Shown here one piece after another: positions 1 through 10,228 of a stretch of 64,000 bases of DNA; position 1 is the first letter of the stretch; every line of letters starts with the position of its first letter. The notes under the pieces are model-generated. The model searched no databases. It saw only the letters and a list, made by a program, of their open reading frames with translations, and was not told the origin of the DNA. This stretch comes from an uncultured virus (IMG/VR IMGVR_UViG_3300025773_000001). Taxonomy: Duplodnaviria; Heunggongvirae; Uroviricota; Caudoviricetes. The DNA is taken from the IMG/VR virus record IMGVR_UViG_3300025773_000001; one strand, 5' to 3'. Both the position numbers and the translations under genes were made by a program.

Positions 1-23
1 TTGGCTTAAGTGCGGAGTTATAA
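1..23 (+). CDS. C-terminal end of a tail fibre-like gene (partial)
   Basis: Reads ...GLSAEL* with TAA at 21-23, immediately before the ATG at 24. Plausibly the end of the ORF that runs off the right edge (63302-). Confidence 0.55.
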
Positions 24-233
24 ATGTACACCCTTTATCAAAATACAAAAAATCAAACTATGGCTTTATTTACAAATCAAAATGGTTCTGTAACTAGCTT
101 TGGTTTTGATATAAACAACACAGACTACCAACAATTCAAAAAAGAATTGGCAAATGGTGTGGAATTAAAAGATGCAGATGGTAATCAAATGACACCTGAG
201 CAAATCACAACATTCTTGGAGACTTTACCATGA
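24..233 (+). CDS. small tail fibre-associated hypothetical protein
   Basis: 69 aa ORF between fibre genes; ATGA overlap with the next gene. Confidence 0.7.
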   Translation: MYTLYQNTKNQTMALFTNQNGSVTSFGFDINNTDYQQFKKELANGVELKDADGNQMTPEQITTFLETLP

Positions 234-1582
234 CAACAGTTATTGGGGGATCAGCCCCATCAATTACGTTTAGTGACTCAACAACACAGTCTACTGCGGC
301 TTTGCCTTTAACGGGCGGATCAGTATCTGCTGATATAACTGTACACGGACTAACAGTAGGTTTAGGTGGTGCTAGTGGTGCTGCAAATACAGCTTATGGA
401 GTTAGTGCTATACCTATCGCACCAAACTCAGGCGTAGTTGCTATTGGAAATAGTGCTGGTAAATTATTTAATACATCCAGCGATACAGGTCAATCTACTT
501 TTGTTGGATATTTTGCTGGTGCTTCTTGTGTTTCAGGAACAGATAACACTTTTGTTGGCGGTAGTGCAGGAACAAATACAACTGGTTCAAAAAATACTGC
601 TTTAGGAAGTCAGGCGCTTCAATTAAACACTTCAGCATCTAACAATACAGCAGTAGGTTATCAGTCTCTTTATACCAATACAACTGGCGCACAATTAGCT
701 GCGTTTGGTCATACCGCTTTATATTCAACAACAACAGCAACGGCAACTGTAGGGCTTGGTCATCAAGCTGGTTATGGAAATACCACAGGTTCTAATAATA
801 CTTTTGTTGGCGATACTGCCGCATATTCAAATTCAACAGGCTCTTACAACACGGCAATCGGTTCAAACGCACTTCAAGCCAACACCACAGCATCTAACAA
901 TACAGCAGTAGGGTATCAAGCTTTATATACTTTAAGCACGGGAAATAATACTGCCATTGGTTATGGTGCTCTTTATGGCGTTTCTGGAGGTAGTGGTGGT
1001 TCAACAAATGTAGGTGTTGGATATAACGCAGGTTCAAATATTAACAGTAATGCAAGTTACGTTGTTTGTATTGGTCCTAATACTCAACTCAATAATGGTT
1101 CAGATAATACAGAAATAATACTTGGAACAAATCCAAGTGCAAATGTGACAGGAAAAGGTGGTAATACTTTTTTTGTTTATGCCAATAATTCTGGAACATC
1201 TGCTACTGGAGGCTCTTATTACAACGGAGCAAATTCATCTTCTTGGTCAACAACTTCAGATGGTCGAATTAAAGAAAATATTGTTACGATTGCAGATGGA
1301 TTAACGCCAATACTTGCACTTCGTCCGGTATCATTTGATTACATAGTTAGCAAACAAAAAGATGTATCTTTTATCGCTCAAGAATATCAAACAGTATTTC
1401 CAGAGCAAGTAGTTACTCATTCAGCCACAAAAGAAGAAGCGGAAGTAGCTGGAACGGACACTATATTTGGATTGCAAAAGAATCTTGACCCATATTTGGT
1501 TAGAGCAATTCAACAATTAAATGCACTTGTTACAGAACAAGCAACAGAGATAGCCGCACTTAAAGCTAAGGTGGGCGCATGA
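230..1582 (+). CDS. tail fibre/spike with NTAxGxxAL repeats and C-terminal intramolecular chaperone (peptidase S74-like)
   Basis: Many NTA(V/I/L)G repeats; SDGRIKENI chaperone cleavage motif; C-terminal coiled coil. Confidence 0.85.
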   Translation: MTTVIGGSAPSITFSDSTTQSTAALPLTGGSVSADITVHGLTVGLGGASGAANTAYGVSAIPIAPNSGVVAIGNSAGKLFNTSSDTGQSTFVGYFAGASCVSGTDNTFVGGSAGTNTTGSKNTALGSQALQLNTSASNNTAVGYQSLYTNTTGAQLAAFGHTALYSTTTATATVGLGHQAGYGNTTGSNNTFVGDTAAYSNSTGSYNTAIGSNALQANTTASNNTAVGYQALYTLSTGNNTAIGYGALYGVSGGSGGSTNVGVGYNAGSNINSNASYVVCIGPNTQLNNGSDNTEIILGTNPSANVTGKGGNTFFVYANNSGTSATGGSYYNGANSSSWSTTSDGRIKENIVTIADGLTPILALRPVSFDYIVSKQKDVSFIAQEYQTVFPEQVVTHSATKEEAEVAGTDTIFGLQKNLDPYLVRAIQQLNALVTEQATEIAALKAKVGA

Positions 1583-1767
1583 ACACACTCATCACAACCC
1601 TAAAGTCAAAACAAGTCCTATGGGCAATAGTTATTGCCATACTCTCAGTATTGCAGGGCTTCGTCATGGAGCTATCCCTAACTCCTATCCATCAAATGAT
1701 AGTGGGTTGTATAATTTCTGTGGTCGTAGTGTTGCTACGATTTATTGAAACTCCACAAGGAAACTAA
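1579..1767 (+). CDS. small two-TM membrane protein (holin-like)
   Basis: 62 aa with two hydrophobic segments. Confidence 0.6.
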   Translation: MNTLITTLKSKQVLWAIVIAILSVLQGFVMELSLTPIHQMIVGCIISVVVVLLRFIETPQGN

Positions 1768-1768
1768 A

Positions 1769-1921
1769 ATGCAAAACATCACTTTATCTGTTCAGACAAT
1801 TAACGCAGTCATGGCTTACTTAGGAACAAAACCGTTTCAAGAAGTATTCCAGATTATCGAGGCCGTGCAAAAGGAAGTAAACGCACAGCAACCCCCACCA
1901 GAAGCTCCTAAAGCTGATTAA
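1769..1921 (+). CDS. small hypothetical protein (50 aa, not in ORF track)
   Basis: MQNITLSVQTINAVMAYLGTKPFQEVFQIIEAVQKEV...; AAGGA SD upstream; fills the gap exactly. Confidence 0.7.
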   Translation: MQNITLSVQTINAVMAYLGTKPFQEVFQIIEAVQKEVNAQQPPPEAPKAD

Positions 1922-1923
1922 AC

Positions 1924-2925
1924 ATGTATGGGATTTCCGCTTTTGCCCAGTCACCTTTCGCTGCGCTTGGCGGGAACTACTATCCCTTTTCGATTAGTGA
2001 GAATGTAAACCCTGCCGAATCTTACGTTGTAACTGCCGCATTTGCGGTTAGCCAGACTGAAGCCTTTACATCAAATAATACAGACGCTGAGATAGATGTA
2101 TTTTACGAGGGCATAGTCGAAAACGTAGGGTCGGCAGATTCTAATTCTCAGTCTTCTCAGTTCTTCTTCTCGAATGCCGAGGGCACAACGGTTGGCGATG
2201 CTGAATCTATCCTTGCCCAGTTTGCCGCAGCGCAATCAGAAAATACCACCAGCGCCGACTCCTACGTCGTTAATGCCCAGTTCAGTACAAGCCGCACCGA
2301 AAACCTTAGCAGCGCCGATTCAAGCTCGCAGGCCAGCGCTTTCTTAGAGAGCATAGCCGAGGGCGCAGTTATTGCGGATTCTCAAATGTTTGCTGCGCAG
2401 TTTGCCGCGTCTATCATAGAGGTGCTGACCAGCAACAACACCGACTCCGAGATTGATGTGTTTTACGAGGGTATTGTCGAGGCAATATCATCCGCAGATG
2501 TTATCCAGATTGGCTCAGCTTTCTTCTTTAACCCGATAGAAGACTCAGGTCTTGCCGATACGCCGACAACTTCGTTTAACTATCCTTTATCGCTTGTAGA
2601 GAATACAACACTTGCCGAATCATTCAATACCAGCGCCCAGTATCTTGTGTTGATTGCCGAACCTTTGAGTATACTGGACAGCAACATTACTGGTGGTTGG
2701 AACACGATTGACGACACACAAGTACCCAATTGGGGCGGCCTAACAGTTACAATTACGGGATACGGCATTTTTGGAGATTTCTTGTTTGGTATGGCGCCAA
2801 TTTCAGGATCTTTGACCAACGTAACGTTTTCTAATGTTATTCCTGGCGCAACGCCGATTGTAACGTGGCAAGATATTGTAGACACCAACACACCAAGTTG
2901 GGTATTTATAAACGACTCACAATAA
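1924..2925 (+). CDS. acidic Ser/Ala-rich virion structural protein with internal repeats
   Basis: Duplicated TSNNTDxEIDVFYEGIVE block; located in the tail module. Confidence 0.6.
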   Translation: MYGISAFAQSPFAALGGNYYPFSISENVNPAESYVVTAAFAVSQTEAFTSNNTDAEIDVFYEGIVENVGSADSNSQSSQFFFSNAEGTTVGDAESILAQFAAAQSENTTSADSYVVNAQFSTSRTENLSSADSSSQASAFLESIAEGAVIADSQMFAAQFAASIIEVLTSNNTDSEIDVFYEGIVEAISSADVIQIGSAFFFNPIEDSGLADTPTTSFNYPLSLVENTTLAESFNTSAQYLVLIAEPLSILDSNITGGWNTIDDTQVPNWGGLTVTITGYGIFGDFLFGMAPISGSLTNVTFSNVIPGATPIVTWQDIVDTNTPSWVFINDSQ

Positions 2926-2934
2926 GGACACACC

Positions 2935-4362
2935 ATGTCAAGCACTTATTCACCCAATCTACGCATTCAGTTAATGGGCACAGGCGATCAAGCCGGTACG
3001 TGGGGCACAACCACCAATGTAAATCTTGGCGGGATTATTGAAAACGCCATTTCCGGGTATACAAATGTGAATGTAATTTCTACAGACCAAGCTTTTACGT
3101 ATGCGTATGGTTTGTCAGATTTATCAGCAAATCAATCAGGAGCGGCAGTAGTGCATATAGCATCTGCTACATCAAATAGTAATGTGTATGCTCCGCCAAA
3201 CCCAAAAACATACATTGTTTTTAATGACACCGCTTATTCAATAATAATTTACAATTCAACGGCTATAGGAAACACAACACCTAGCGGGTTTGGCGTGACT
3301 ATTCCAGCAGGACAAACAATTTTAGTTTACTCAAACGGTTCAAGTTTTTATGCAGTGAACAGTCTAACAACTAATAATTTAACAGGTACAACACAATATT
3401 CAATTCCTTATCAATCAGCCTCTGGTACAACTACATTTTTAAGTCCTACTACCGCGGGTTATCTTTTAAAAACTAATAATACAGGCTCCGCCCCTAGCTG
3501 GGTTGCTCCTTCTACTTTAACTGTTGGCACGGCTACAAATGCCACTACTGCAACTAATTTAAGCGGCACCACGCAATATTCACTTCCATATCAAAGCGGA
3601 TCAGGATCTACAAGTTATATAGCGCCTGGAACTAATGGATATGTTTTAAGAAGCTTTTCAACTTCAGGTGCTCCGTATTGGGATTCTGCATTAAATTTAT
3701 ATGCCGGTGGTGTTAATGTAAACAATGGCGTGGTTAGCAACAATTATTCTTTGGCTCTTATAACGGCTGGAGGGGGTGGTACACAAGTAGTGTATGCAGG
3801 GACAACTGGAGCATATAACCCTTATACCAATGTTTTGAGTGTAGCAGGAATAAATGTAAGTGGTACAGCGTATTCAAACAACCAGGTATTGGTTTCTTCT
3901 CCAAATACAAATACTGCTGGTACGGATGGTGGGTGGATTACATTTACACCTGTTTTGGCAGGGTCAAATGGAGGTGTAACTTTTACATATTCCGCAAATG
4001 CTCAGCAAGGTAGATATTTGGTAATGGGTAATATGGTGTATGTACAAATATATATTGGGTGGACTGCCGCTAGTGCAACAACAGATCAGTTAGTAATTAA
4101 TAATTTACCCCTAACAGGATCTGCATTGCCGTCTGGATGGGGTAATATTTATAACGGGTTTGGTTTGTTGCAATGTAGCCATGCAGTTTCTTATGGCCTT
4201 CAGTTATTTCCAGTAGTTTTAAATGGGGGTAATAAGTTATATTTATATGCTCCTAATGGAAGTTATCCTCTCCAAGGCAGCAGTACATCTAATTTTAATG
4301 CTGGTGTTACCATAAGTTCAACAGGTTTTGTTTATGGTTGTTTTTCTTATTCAACAAGTTAA
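2935..4362 (+). CDS. tail/fibre structural protein
   Basis: Thr/Ser/Gly-rich; duplicated NLxGTTQYSxPYQS block; SD AAGGA upstream. Confidence 0.7.
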   Translation: MSSTYSPNLRIQLMGTGDQAGTWGTTTNVNLGGIIENAISGYTNVNVISTDQAFTYAYGLSDLSANQSGAAVVHIASATSNSNVYAPPNPKTYIVFNDTAYSIIIYNSTAIGNTTPSGFGVTIPAGQTILVYSNGSSFYAVNSLTTNNLTGTTQYSIPYQSASGTTTFLSPTTAGYLLKTNNTGSAPSWVAPSTLTVGTATNATTATNLSGTTQYSLPYQSGSGSTSYIAPGTNGYVLRSFSTSGAPYWDSALNLYAGGVNVNNGVVSNNYSLALITAGGGGTQVVYAGTTGAYNPYTNVLSVAGINVSGTAYSNNQVLVSSPNTNTAGTDGGWITFTPVLAGSNGGVTFTYSANAQQGRYLVMGNMVYVQIYIGWTAASATTDQLVINNLPLTGSALPSGWGNIYNGFGLLQCSHAVSYGLQLFPVVLNGGNKLYLYAPNGSYPLQGSSTSNFNAGVTISSTGFVYGCFSYSTS

Positions 4363-4394
4363 GCCGATTACAAATTTTAAATAGGAATTTAAAA

Positions 4395-4739
4395 ATGTCA
4401 CAAGTAAATTCTTGGATCTGGACAATTACATCAATGCAGCAATTACCTTCTGGAAGTAATGCAGGTTATGTTGTTAGTGCAAATTGGACGTTAACTGGGT
4501 CAGACGGATCGCAAACCGCCAGCACACAGGGCTATACACAATTTCCAATAATAGCCTCAAAACCAGGATTTATTCCTTATTCTCAGCTTACTCAATCAAT
4601 TGTAGTTGGATGGATTCAAGAATTATTAGGCGCAACCGGCGTTGCTATTTACTATTCAACCGTGCAAGATCAAATTAACAAATTAGAAAGTCCACCAATT
4701 GCTTCTGTGACGCAGCCTCTTCCGTGGGTAACCGCTTAA
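4395..4739 (+). CDS. tail fibre-associated hypothetical protein
   Basis: Start moved to ATG 4395 after an AGGA SD; W-rich protein ending LPW. Confidence 0.65.
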   Translation: MSQVNSWIWTITSMQQLPSGSNAGYVVSANWTLTGSDGSQTASTQGYTQFPIIASKPGFIPYSQLTQSIVVGWIQELLGATGVAIYYSTVQDQINKLESPPIASVTQPLPWVTA

Positions 4740-4743
4740 AAGC

Positions 4744-5208
4744 ATGGATCCATTTACTCTTGCAATGATGGCTATTGGGGCGGTAAAGTCCGGTGTAGCC
4801 ATGTACAAGGAGGCTAAGTCAGTTGGCAAAGAAGCTATTGAAGTGATCACAGAAATTTCCGATGGCCTTTCTTCTTTTTTTGAACACCAGGAAAAGGCGA
4901 TTGAACATGTTAAAGAAATTGAAAAGAATCCACCTAAAGGTAAAAGTTTACAAGCCATTGCGCTTGACAACGTCCTAAGACGTAAGAAACTGGAGCAAGC
5001 AGAGGCGGATTTAAGAACAATGCTAACCTGGGAAGCACCGCCAGAATTAGGCGCTTTGTGGTCTGATTTCGAGAAAGAACGTGCAAGGCTCATGGCAAAA
5101 AAAGATAGCTTTGACAAAGCTCAAAAAAAAAGGATGCAAATGAGGCCAGAGAACGTAAAAGAAAACTGGATAACCTGCAATACAAGTTGGTTCTTTGCGC
5201 TTGCATAA
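4744..5208 (+). CDS. coiled-coil hypothetical protein upstream of the lysis genes (possible frameshift fusion with the next ORF)
   Basis: 154 aa ORF; A9 run at 5123-5131. Confidence 0.7.
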   Translation: MDPFTLAMMAIGAVKSGVAMYKEAKSVGKEAIEVITEISDGLSSFFEHQEKAIEHVKEIEKNPPKGKSLQAIALDNVLRRKKLEQAEADLRTMLTWEAPPELGALWSDFEKERARLMAKKDSFDKAQKKRMQMRPENVKENWITCNTSWFFALA

Positions 5209-5390
5209 TTGTATTTATGCTTGCTTGTGTGGGGTTAATGTTTTATATTAGGCAAGATTATTTGTATAGAAGACAAGAAGAGTTGTGGCATATTGAGTTT
5301 AAGAAGAACTTTTTGGAAGATGGCAAAGAGCTTGAGTGTTATAAGATATTTAGGCAAACGGGCTACTTGCCCAGATACTGTAAGGAGTGA
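5187..5390 (+). CDS. TM-containing ORF, probably the -1 frame extension of 4744-5208
   Basis: TTG start without an SD; frame is open back to the A9 run; hydrophobic segment VLCACIIVFMLACVGLMFYI. Confidence 0.55.
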   Translation: MVLCACIIVFMLACVGLMFYIRQDYLYRRQEELWHIEFKKNFLEDGKELECYKIFRQTGYLPRYCKE

Positions 5391-5393
5391 ATC

Positions 5394-5897
5394 ATGGATT
5401 GGTTAAAAAGCATAGCCCCTACCATAGCAACAGCAATTGGTGGTCCGCTTGGAGGCTTGGCATACGAAGCTGTATCTAAAGTATTGGGTGTATCTCAAGA
5501 CGATGCGCAAAAGATGCTTACAGACGGTAAGTTATCGTCCGATCAAATAGCACAAGTTAAGGTTGCAGAGCTTGAACTAAAGAAAACTGAAGAACAATTA
5601 GGTCTTAACTTCGAACAATTAGCGGTTGAGGACCGGGCGTCTGCTAGACAAATGCAAATAAACACGCATTCATTTTTAGTTCCAACCCTTGCATTAATCA
5701 TCGTTTCTAGCTTTATAGCAACAATATTTGGCACATTAATGGGTTACTCGCATATTGAGTCCGCTATGGCAGGGACGCTTGTAGGTTATTTGTCAGCCAA
5801 GGCCGAACAAGTTGTAGCTTTTTATTTTGGCTCCTCAGCAGGGTCTCAGCGCAAAGATGAAATGATTCATAACTCAACACCAATGGGGCAAAAATGA
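5394..5897 (+). CDS. holin (3TM/GTA-holin-like)
   Basis: Hydrophobic N-terminus, DRASAR motif, two C-terminal TM segments ending FYFGSS; directly upstream of the endolysin. Confidence 0.75.
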   Translation: MDWLKSIAPTIATAIGGPLGGLAYEAVSKVLGVSQDDAQKMLTDGKLSSDQIAQVKVAELELKKTEEQLGLNFEQLAVEDRASARQMQINTHSFLVPTLALIIVSSFIATIFGTLMGYSHIESAMAGTLVGYLSAKAEQVVAFYFGSSAGSQRKDEMIHNSTPMGQK

Positions 5898-6313
5898 TTA
5901 ACTCAAGAGACTTAAATGACCTACTTCCAGAAGTTAAACGCAGGGTTGAAAATTTTATTAAGGCTTGCCAACATTCTGGCATTGACTTGTTGGTTACATC
6001 TACATATCGGGATAACGAAAGCCAGGCTGCTTTGTATGCGCAAGGTCGTACAGCTGCGGGCAAAATTGTCACTAACGCACGAGCAGGAGATTCTTTTCAT
6101 AACCATCGTTGTGCTGTGGATGTTGTGCCTCTGGTTAGTGGCAAACCGGATTGGGATGGAAGCCATCCCGTATGGACTGAAGTAGGTAGACTTGGACAAG
6201 AAAATGGTTTAGAATGGGCTGGAAATTGGGTGCATTTTAAAGAACTAGCCCATTTTCAATACACTGGTGGTCTAACTATTGCCCAACTTAAGGAAGGCGC
6301 AATTATTGCGTAA
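5894..6313 (+). CDS. endolysin, M15 family L-Ala-D-Glu peptidase-like
   Basis: TYR..QAALYAQGR, S-x-H...AVD and WAGNW..F.E..HFQ motifs. Confidence 0.9.
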   Translation: MINSRDLNDLLPEVKRRVENFIKACQHSGIDLLVTSTYRDNESQAALYAQGRTAAGKIVTNARAGDSFHNHRCAVDVVPLVSGKPDWDGSHPVWTEVGRLGQENGLEWAGNWVHFKELAHFQYTGGLTIAQLKEGAIIA

Positions 6314-6319
6314 TGAGTA

Positions 6320-8701
6320 ATGCCATTAACAAAACTAGAATTTAGACCCGGTGTTAATAGGGAAGCCACCACGCTTGCCAATGAAGGGGGCTGGTTCGAC
6401 GGTAATAATGTGCGTTTTCGCTCCGGCTACCCCGAAAAAATAGGGGGTTGGGTTGCCGATACTGGCGCTGACGCTTCTACTTTACAGCCCCCCGCTAATC
6501 CTACAGGATATAACACTCCTTCATTTTGGGGGATTTGTCGTAACTTATGGGCATGGTTGAACTTAGCTGGATACAACTTACTTGGTCTTGGAACTAACTT
6601 AAAGTACTATATTCAAAACGGTATTGGTGGGCAGTTTAATGATGTTACTCCTATACGTTTAACAACGTCAAATACTATTGGTTTTACTATTCTTGCCAAA
6701 TCGGCTACTACTACCACACTTACCGCACAAGATCCAAACACTTTTTCACAGGCGGGGGACTTTGTAACATACGCAAATATTTTAGGTGTCTTGTACGATT
6801 CAGGTCTAACCGCCGCTGTGCTAAATCAAGAGTTTCAAATCCAATCCGTATCGGGTAGTTCTAGTTACGTTATTATTGTTAATGCAGTTTCATCTCAAGC
6901 TGTTGGCACAGTTTTAATTCTTGGTGTGGGTGCAACACCCATAACAGCGGCGTATCAACTTACAACAGGTTCTGCTGTATATACAGCAGCCGTAGGTTGG
7001 GGCGCAGGAGGTTGGGGCGGATATAACGGGGGAGAATTTTTAACAACGCTATCAACCAGTATTTCTGCATCTGGCGCGGTTAGTACAATAACTGTTGCAT
7101 CAACTACAGGGTTTGTTGCAGGTTCAACGGGTTCTCCCGGTGTTATTTGGATTGGTACGGAAGGGTTTACTTACACGGGCGGTGGGGGCGGGGGCACAAC
7201 TTTTACAGGTGTTACACGCGCGTATCAAAATACACCGCAAACTGCACACGCAAGTGGGACCACAGTTTATCAATATCCAACAACAGGAACATTAGCCTCA
7301 ACTGGATGGGGTTTAGCCGCACCAGCGGGTTTAGGTGTTGGCGTGCAACTTAGGTTATGGTCATCCGCTAATTATGGGCAAGACTTAATCATTAACCCAA
7401 GTGGGGGCGCTTTATACTATTGGGCCGTTGCGGCAGACCCTTCCGTATATAACCGTGCTTTGATTATGAACTCAAGCACAACAATCACACTTGCTAGTGG
7501 AGCGACATTTACACCTGACACAACCTGTCCTAGTTTGGTTAATTTTGTATTGGTGTCTGATGCTTCAAATTTTGTAATTGCTTTTGGTTGCAATGATCCG
7601 TCCGGTACAACAACCAGTTCGAAACTTGACCCGATGTTTATTCGTTGGTCTGCTCCAGAAAATGCAGGTGTATGGTTACCCAGTATCACTAGTCAAGCGG
7701 GCTTTTATCGTTTGTCTCAAGGTTCACAAATCGTAACTGCTATTCAAACACGTCAAGAAATTTTAGTTTTGACGGATTCCGCTATTTACAACATGCAATA
7801 TTTGGGGCCACCGTATGTTTGGGGCTTTCAAATTATGGGCGAAAACATATCTATTATGGGACCCAACGCCATAACAACAGTAAATAATGTTACTTACTGG
7901 ATGGGGTACAACAAATTCTATGTATACACAGGCACAGTTTCAACACTCCCCTGCGCTGTGCGTCAGTTTGTTTTTGATAATCTTAATACAGATCAATCTT
8001 CGCAGGTGTATGCGGGTACTAACGAAGCGTACAATGAAATTTGGTGGTTTTATTGTTCCGTAACAGGTACAAATGCGGATGGCACCCAAGGTTCTGGTAC
8101 ACCGGCTAACCCTAATAATTTAATGGATCGTTACGTAGTGTATAACTATTTGGATCAAACTTGGTACTACGGCGGAATGCCAAGGTCTTCTTGGTTATAT
8201 ACACCCCTGCGCCAAACACCTATTTCTACGCCTTACGGCACAACTTCTGGTACAGCGGGTTCTGGTGCATCTTATGGCGGTTTGTTGGTGTATCAAGAAA
8301 ACGGAGTAGACAACGGCATTACTACACCCCCTTCTGCTATTACTTCTTACATACAAAGCGCTGATTTTGATATTGGGGACGGTAATAACTTTGGTTTTGT
8401 ATGGCGTTGCATACCAGACATAAACTTTACGGGTTCGTATGTTAATCAACCCAATGTCACAATGACGTTTTTACCCCGACAATTTACAGGTTCTGCGTAT
8501 GGGGTTAGTAATAACCCTAACATTACTAGCACACAAAACTACACACAAAAACGAGAGTACATTGTCCAACAATTCACCCCCCAAATTTATGTGAGAGCGC
8601 GGGGTAGGCAAATGTCTATGGTTGTGGGGTCTAACTCTACAGGCGTTGCTTGGCAATCGGGTACAAACAGGTTAGATATCAGGCCGGATGGGAGAAGATA
8701 A
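6320..8701 (+). CDS. tail hub/nozzle protein (P22 gp10-like DNA stabilisation protein)
   Basis: 793 aa beta-rich protein; IRWS, NEIWWFY and RYVVYNY..TWYYG motifs; position upstream of the ejection genes. Confidence 0.7.
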   Translation: MPLTKLEFRPGVNREATTLANEGGWFDGNNVRFRSGYPEKIGGWVADTGADASTLQPPANPTGYNTPSFWGICRNLWAWLNLAGYNLLGLGTNLKYYIQNGIGGQFNDVTPIRLTTSNTIGFTILAKSATTTTLTAQDPNTFSQAGDFVTYANILGVLYDSGLTAAVLNQEFQIQSVSGSSSYVIIVNAVSSQAVGTVLILGVGATPITAAYQLTTGSAVYTAAVGWGAGGWGGYNGGEFLTTLSTSISASGAVSTITVASTTGFVAGSTGSPGVIWIGTEGFTYTGGGGGGTTFTGVTRAYQNTPQTAHASGTTVYQYPTTGTLASTGWGLAAPAGLGVGVQLRLWSSANYGQDLIINPSGGALYYWAVAADPSVYNRALIMNSSTTITLASGATFTPDTTCPSLVNFVLVSDASNFVIAFGCNDPSGTTTSSKLDPMFIRWSAPENAGVWLPSITSQAGFYRLSQGSQIVTAIQTRQEILVLTDSAIYNMQYLGPPYVWGFQIMGENISIMGPNAITTVNNVTYWMGYNKFYVYTGTVSTLPCAVRQFVFDNLNTDQSSQVYAGTNEAYNEIWWFYCSVTGTNADGTQGSGTPANPNNLMDRYVVYNYLDQTWYYGGMPRSSWLYTPLRQTPISTPYGTTSGTAGSGASYGGLLVYQENGVDNGITTPPSAITSYIQSADFDIGDGNNFGFVWRCIPDINFTGSYVNQPNVTMTFLPRQFTGSAYGVSNNPNITSTQNYTQKREYIVQQFTPQIYVRARGRQMSMVVGSNSTGVAWQSGTNRLDIRPDGRR

Positions 8702-9018
8702 TGGCACAAACAAATGTTGTAGCCCCACGCCTACCTGCTGCGCCTGTACAATATGACCAGCAATTTATGCAACAACTCTTAAATATTTTGCGTTTGTATT
8801 TTGCTCAGTTGGATAATGCAGGTCCGATTGCAGGAGCATCACAAAATATTGGTTTGCCTAACGTTGTTTCTGGTTTAAATTTTAGTCAACCAACACCTAA
8901 CACAAACCCAATTACATATCAAGCCAGTTTGCCAACGCAAGCCGATTTGTCCAACCTTCGTAAAGGCGACGTGTATTATGACACAAGCGCCAGTAATGTT
9001 TTAAAAATTAAAGTTTAA
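8701..9018 (+). CDS. small tail protein (needle/plug-like position)
   Basis: ATG overlaps the upstream stop; short helix followed by GDVYYDT..VLKIK. Confidence 0.55.
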   Translation: MAQTNVVAPRLPAAPVQYDQQFMQQLLNILRLYFAQLDNAGPIAGASQNIGLPNVVSGLNFSQPTPNTNPITYQASLPTQADLSNLRKGDVYYDTSASNVLKIKV

Positions 9019-9028
9019 GGGGAACGCT

Positions 9029-10228
9029 ATGAGCGGTGGTGGATTAAGCGATAAAAATATGGGCGAACTTGCCCTCCTTGGCGTTGTTGGTGCAATGACC
9101 GGTGGAGCGGGCGATGCTGCACTTTTAGGTACAGGCGAAGCGGGGGCAGCTGCAGGTGTTGGTGCTGCGGATGCAGCCGGTGCAGGAGCAGCCGGTGCAG
9201 GAGCAGCCGGTGCAGGAGCAGCAGCTAGTACACCTGGACAAATGGCGGTGGCGGATAATGCCTTATATGCCGATGCTACAGGGGCGGGCGCGGGCGCGGG
9301 CGCGGGCGCGGGGGGGTCAGGGGCAGCCACCAACGCTTTAGGTATTAACCAAGCAACCAATCCGTATTTATATAGTATAACTACGCCTTCTCCAACTGCA
9401 ACAGGTCTTTGGGGTACAGGTGCAGGGGCCGGGGCAGCGGGTCAAGCGGGTTTAATTGGTTCGGGTCTTGGGCTTGGTTATGCCGCTATGCGTGCCGATG
9501 CTAAAAAATACGGTATACCTTCTGTACCAACACCTAACGGACCCTTACAAAATTTACATGGTGCAGGGGGCGTAAGCTACCCAACTAATTACGGTGGAAC
9601 AGTTACAGCAGCGCAGGGGGGTTTAATGGGCCTCAATCCGAACATTCCTATGTCACATAATGCAATGCCTGCATACGCCACATCTACTAACACGCCTGTA
9701 CCTCAACCCGTTATGAGTTTTGCTTCTGGCGGTTCTAGTGGTCAAGGCAGCCCGTACGATCAACTAACCGCGTATTTACAAGCACAACAAGCCGCTCAAG
9801 AACAACAAGCCGCTCAAGAACAACAAGCTGCGCTTGCGCAAGCGCAACAACGACAGCCCCAAGCACAACAAAACTCTCCTGGTGTTTCAGGCCCTGTTAT
9901 CAGTGTCGCAAGTGGTGGCATGCTTCCAAGTTATGCAACAGGTGGTATTTCTAATTTAGGTTCTTATTCTGATGGCGGGCGTATGCTCAAAGGACCTGGA
10001 GACGGGATGTCGGATTCTATTCCTGCAACAATTAATCAAAAACAACCCGCCCGTTTAGCTAATGATGAGTTTGTTGTTCCTGCCGATGTGGTATCCCATC
10101 TTGGTAATGGGTCTTCTGATGCAGGCGCTAAAAAACTTTACGCCATGATGGATAGAGTAAGACGCGCTAGAACAGGCACAAGTAAACAAGCCAAAGCAAT
10201 TAATGCAGACAGATACACGCCAAAATGA
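9029..10228 (+). CDS. internal virion/ejection protein, Gly/Ala/Gln-rich
   Basis: Low-complexity N-half; C-terminal GPGDGMSDSIPA...EFVVPADVV domain; several xxGG motifs. Confidence 0.65.
   Translation: MSGGGLSDKNMGELALLGVVGAMTGGAGDAALLGTGEAGAAAGVGAADAAGAGAAGAGAAGAGAAASTPGQMAVADNALYADATGAGAGAGAGAGGSGAATNALGINQATNPYLYSITTPSPTATGLWGTGAGAGAAGQAGLIGSGLGLGYAAMRADAKKYGIPSVPTPNGPLQNLHGAGGVSYPTNYGGTVTAAQGGLMGLNPNIPMSHNAMPAYATSTNTPVPQPVMSFASGGSSGQGSPYDQLTAYLQAQQAAQEQQAAQEQQAALAQAQQRQPQAQQNSPGVSGPVISVASGGMLPSYATGGISNLGSYSDGGRMLKGPGDGMSDSIPATINQKQPARLANDEFVVPADVVSHLGNGSSDAGAKKLYAMMDRVRRARTGTSKQAKAINADRYTPK
9173..9217 (+). repeat. 3 x 15-bp tandem repeat GCAGCCGGTGCAGGA
   Basis: Three exact copies encoding AAGAG. 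Confidence 0.9.

Noticed and set aside
230..2925. Diversity-generating retroelement repeats in fibre genes (e.g. 25-bp repeat at 633 and 888)
   Set aside because: No reverse transcriptase; the repeats are in-frame protein repeats without adenine-specific variation.
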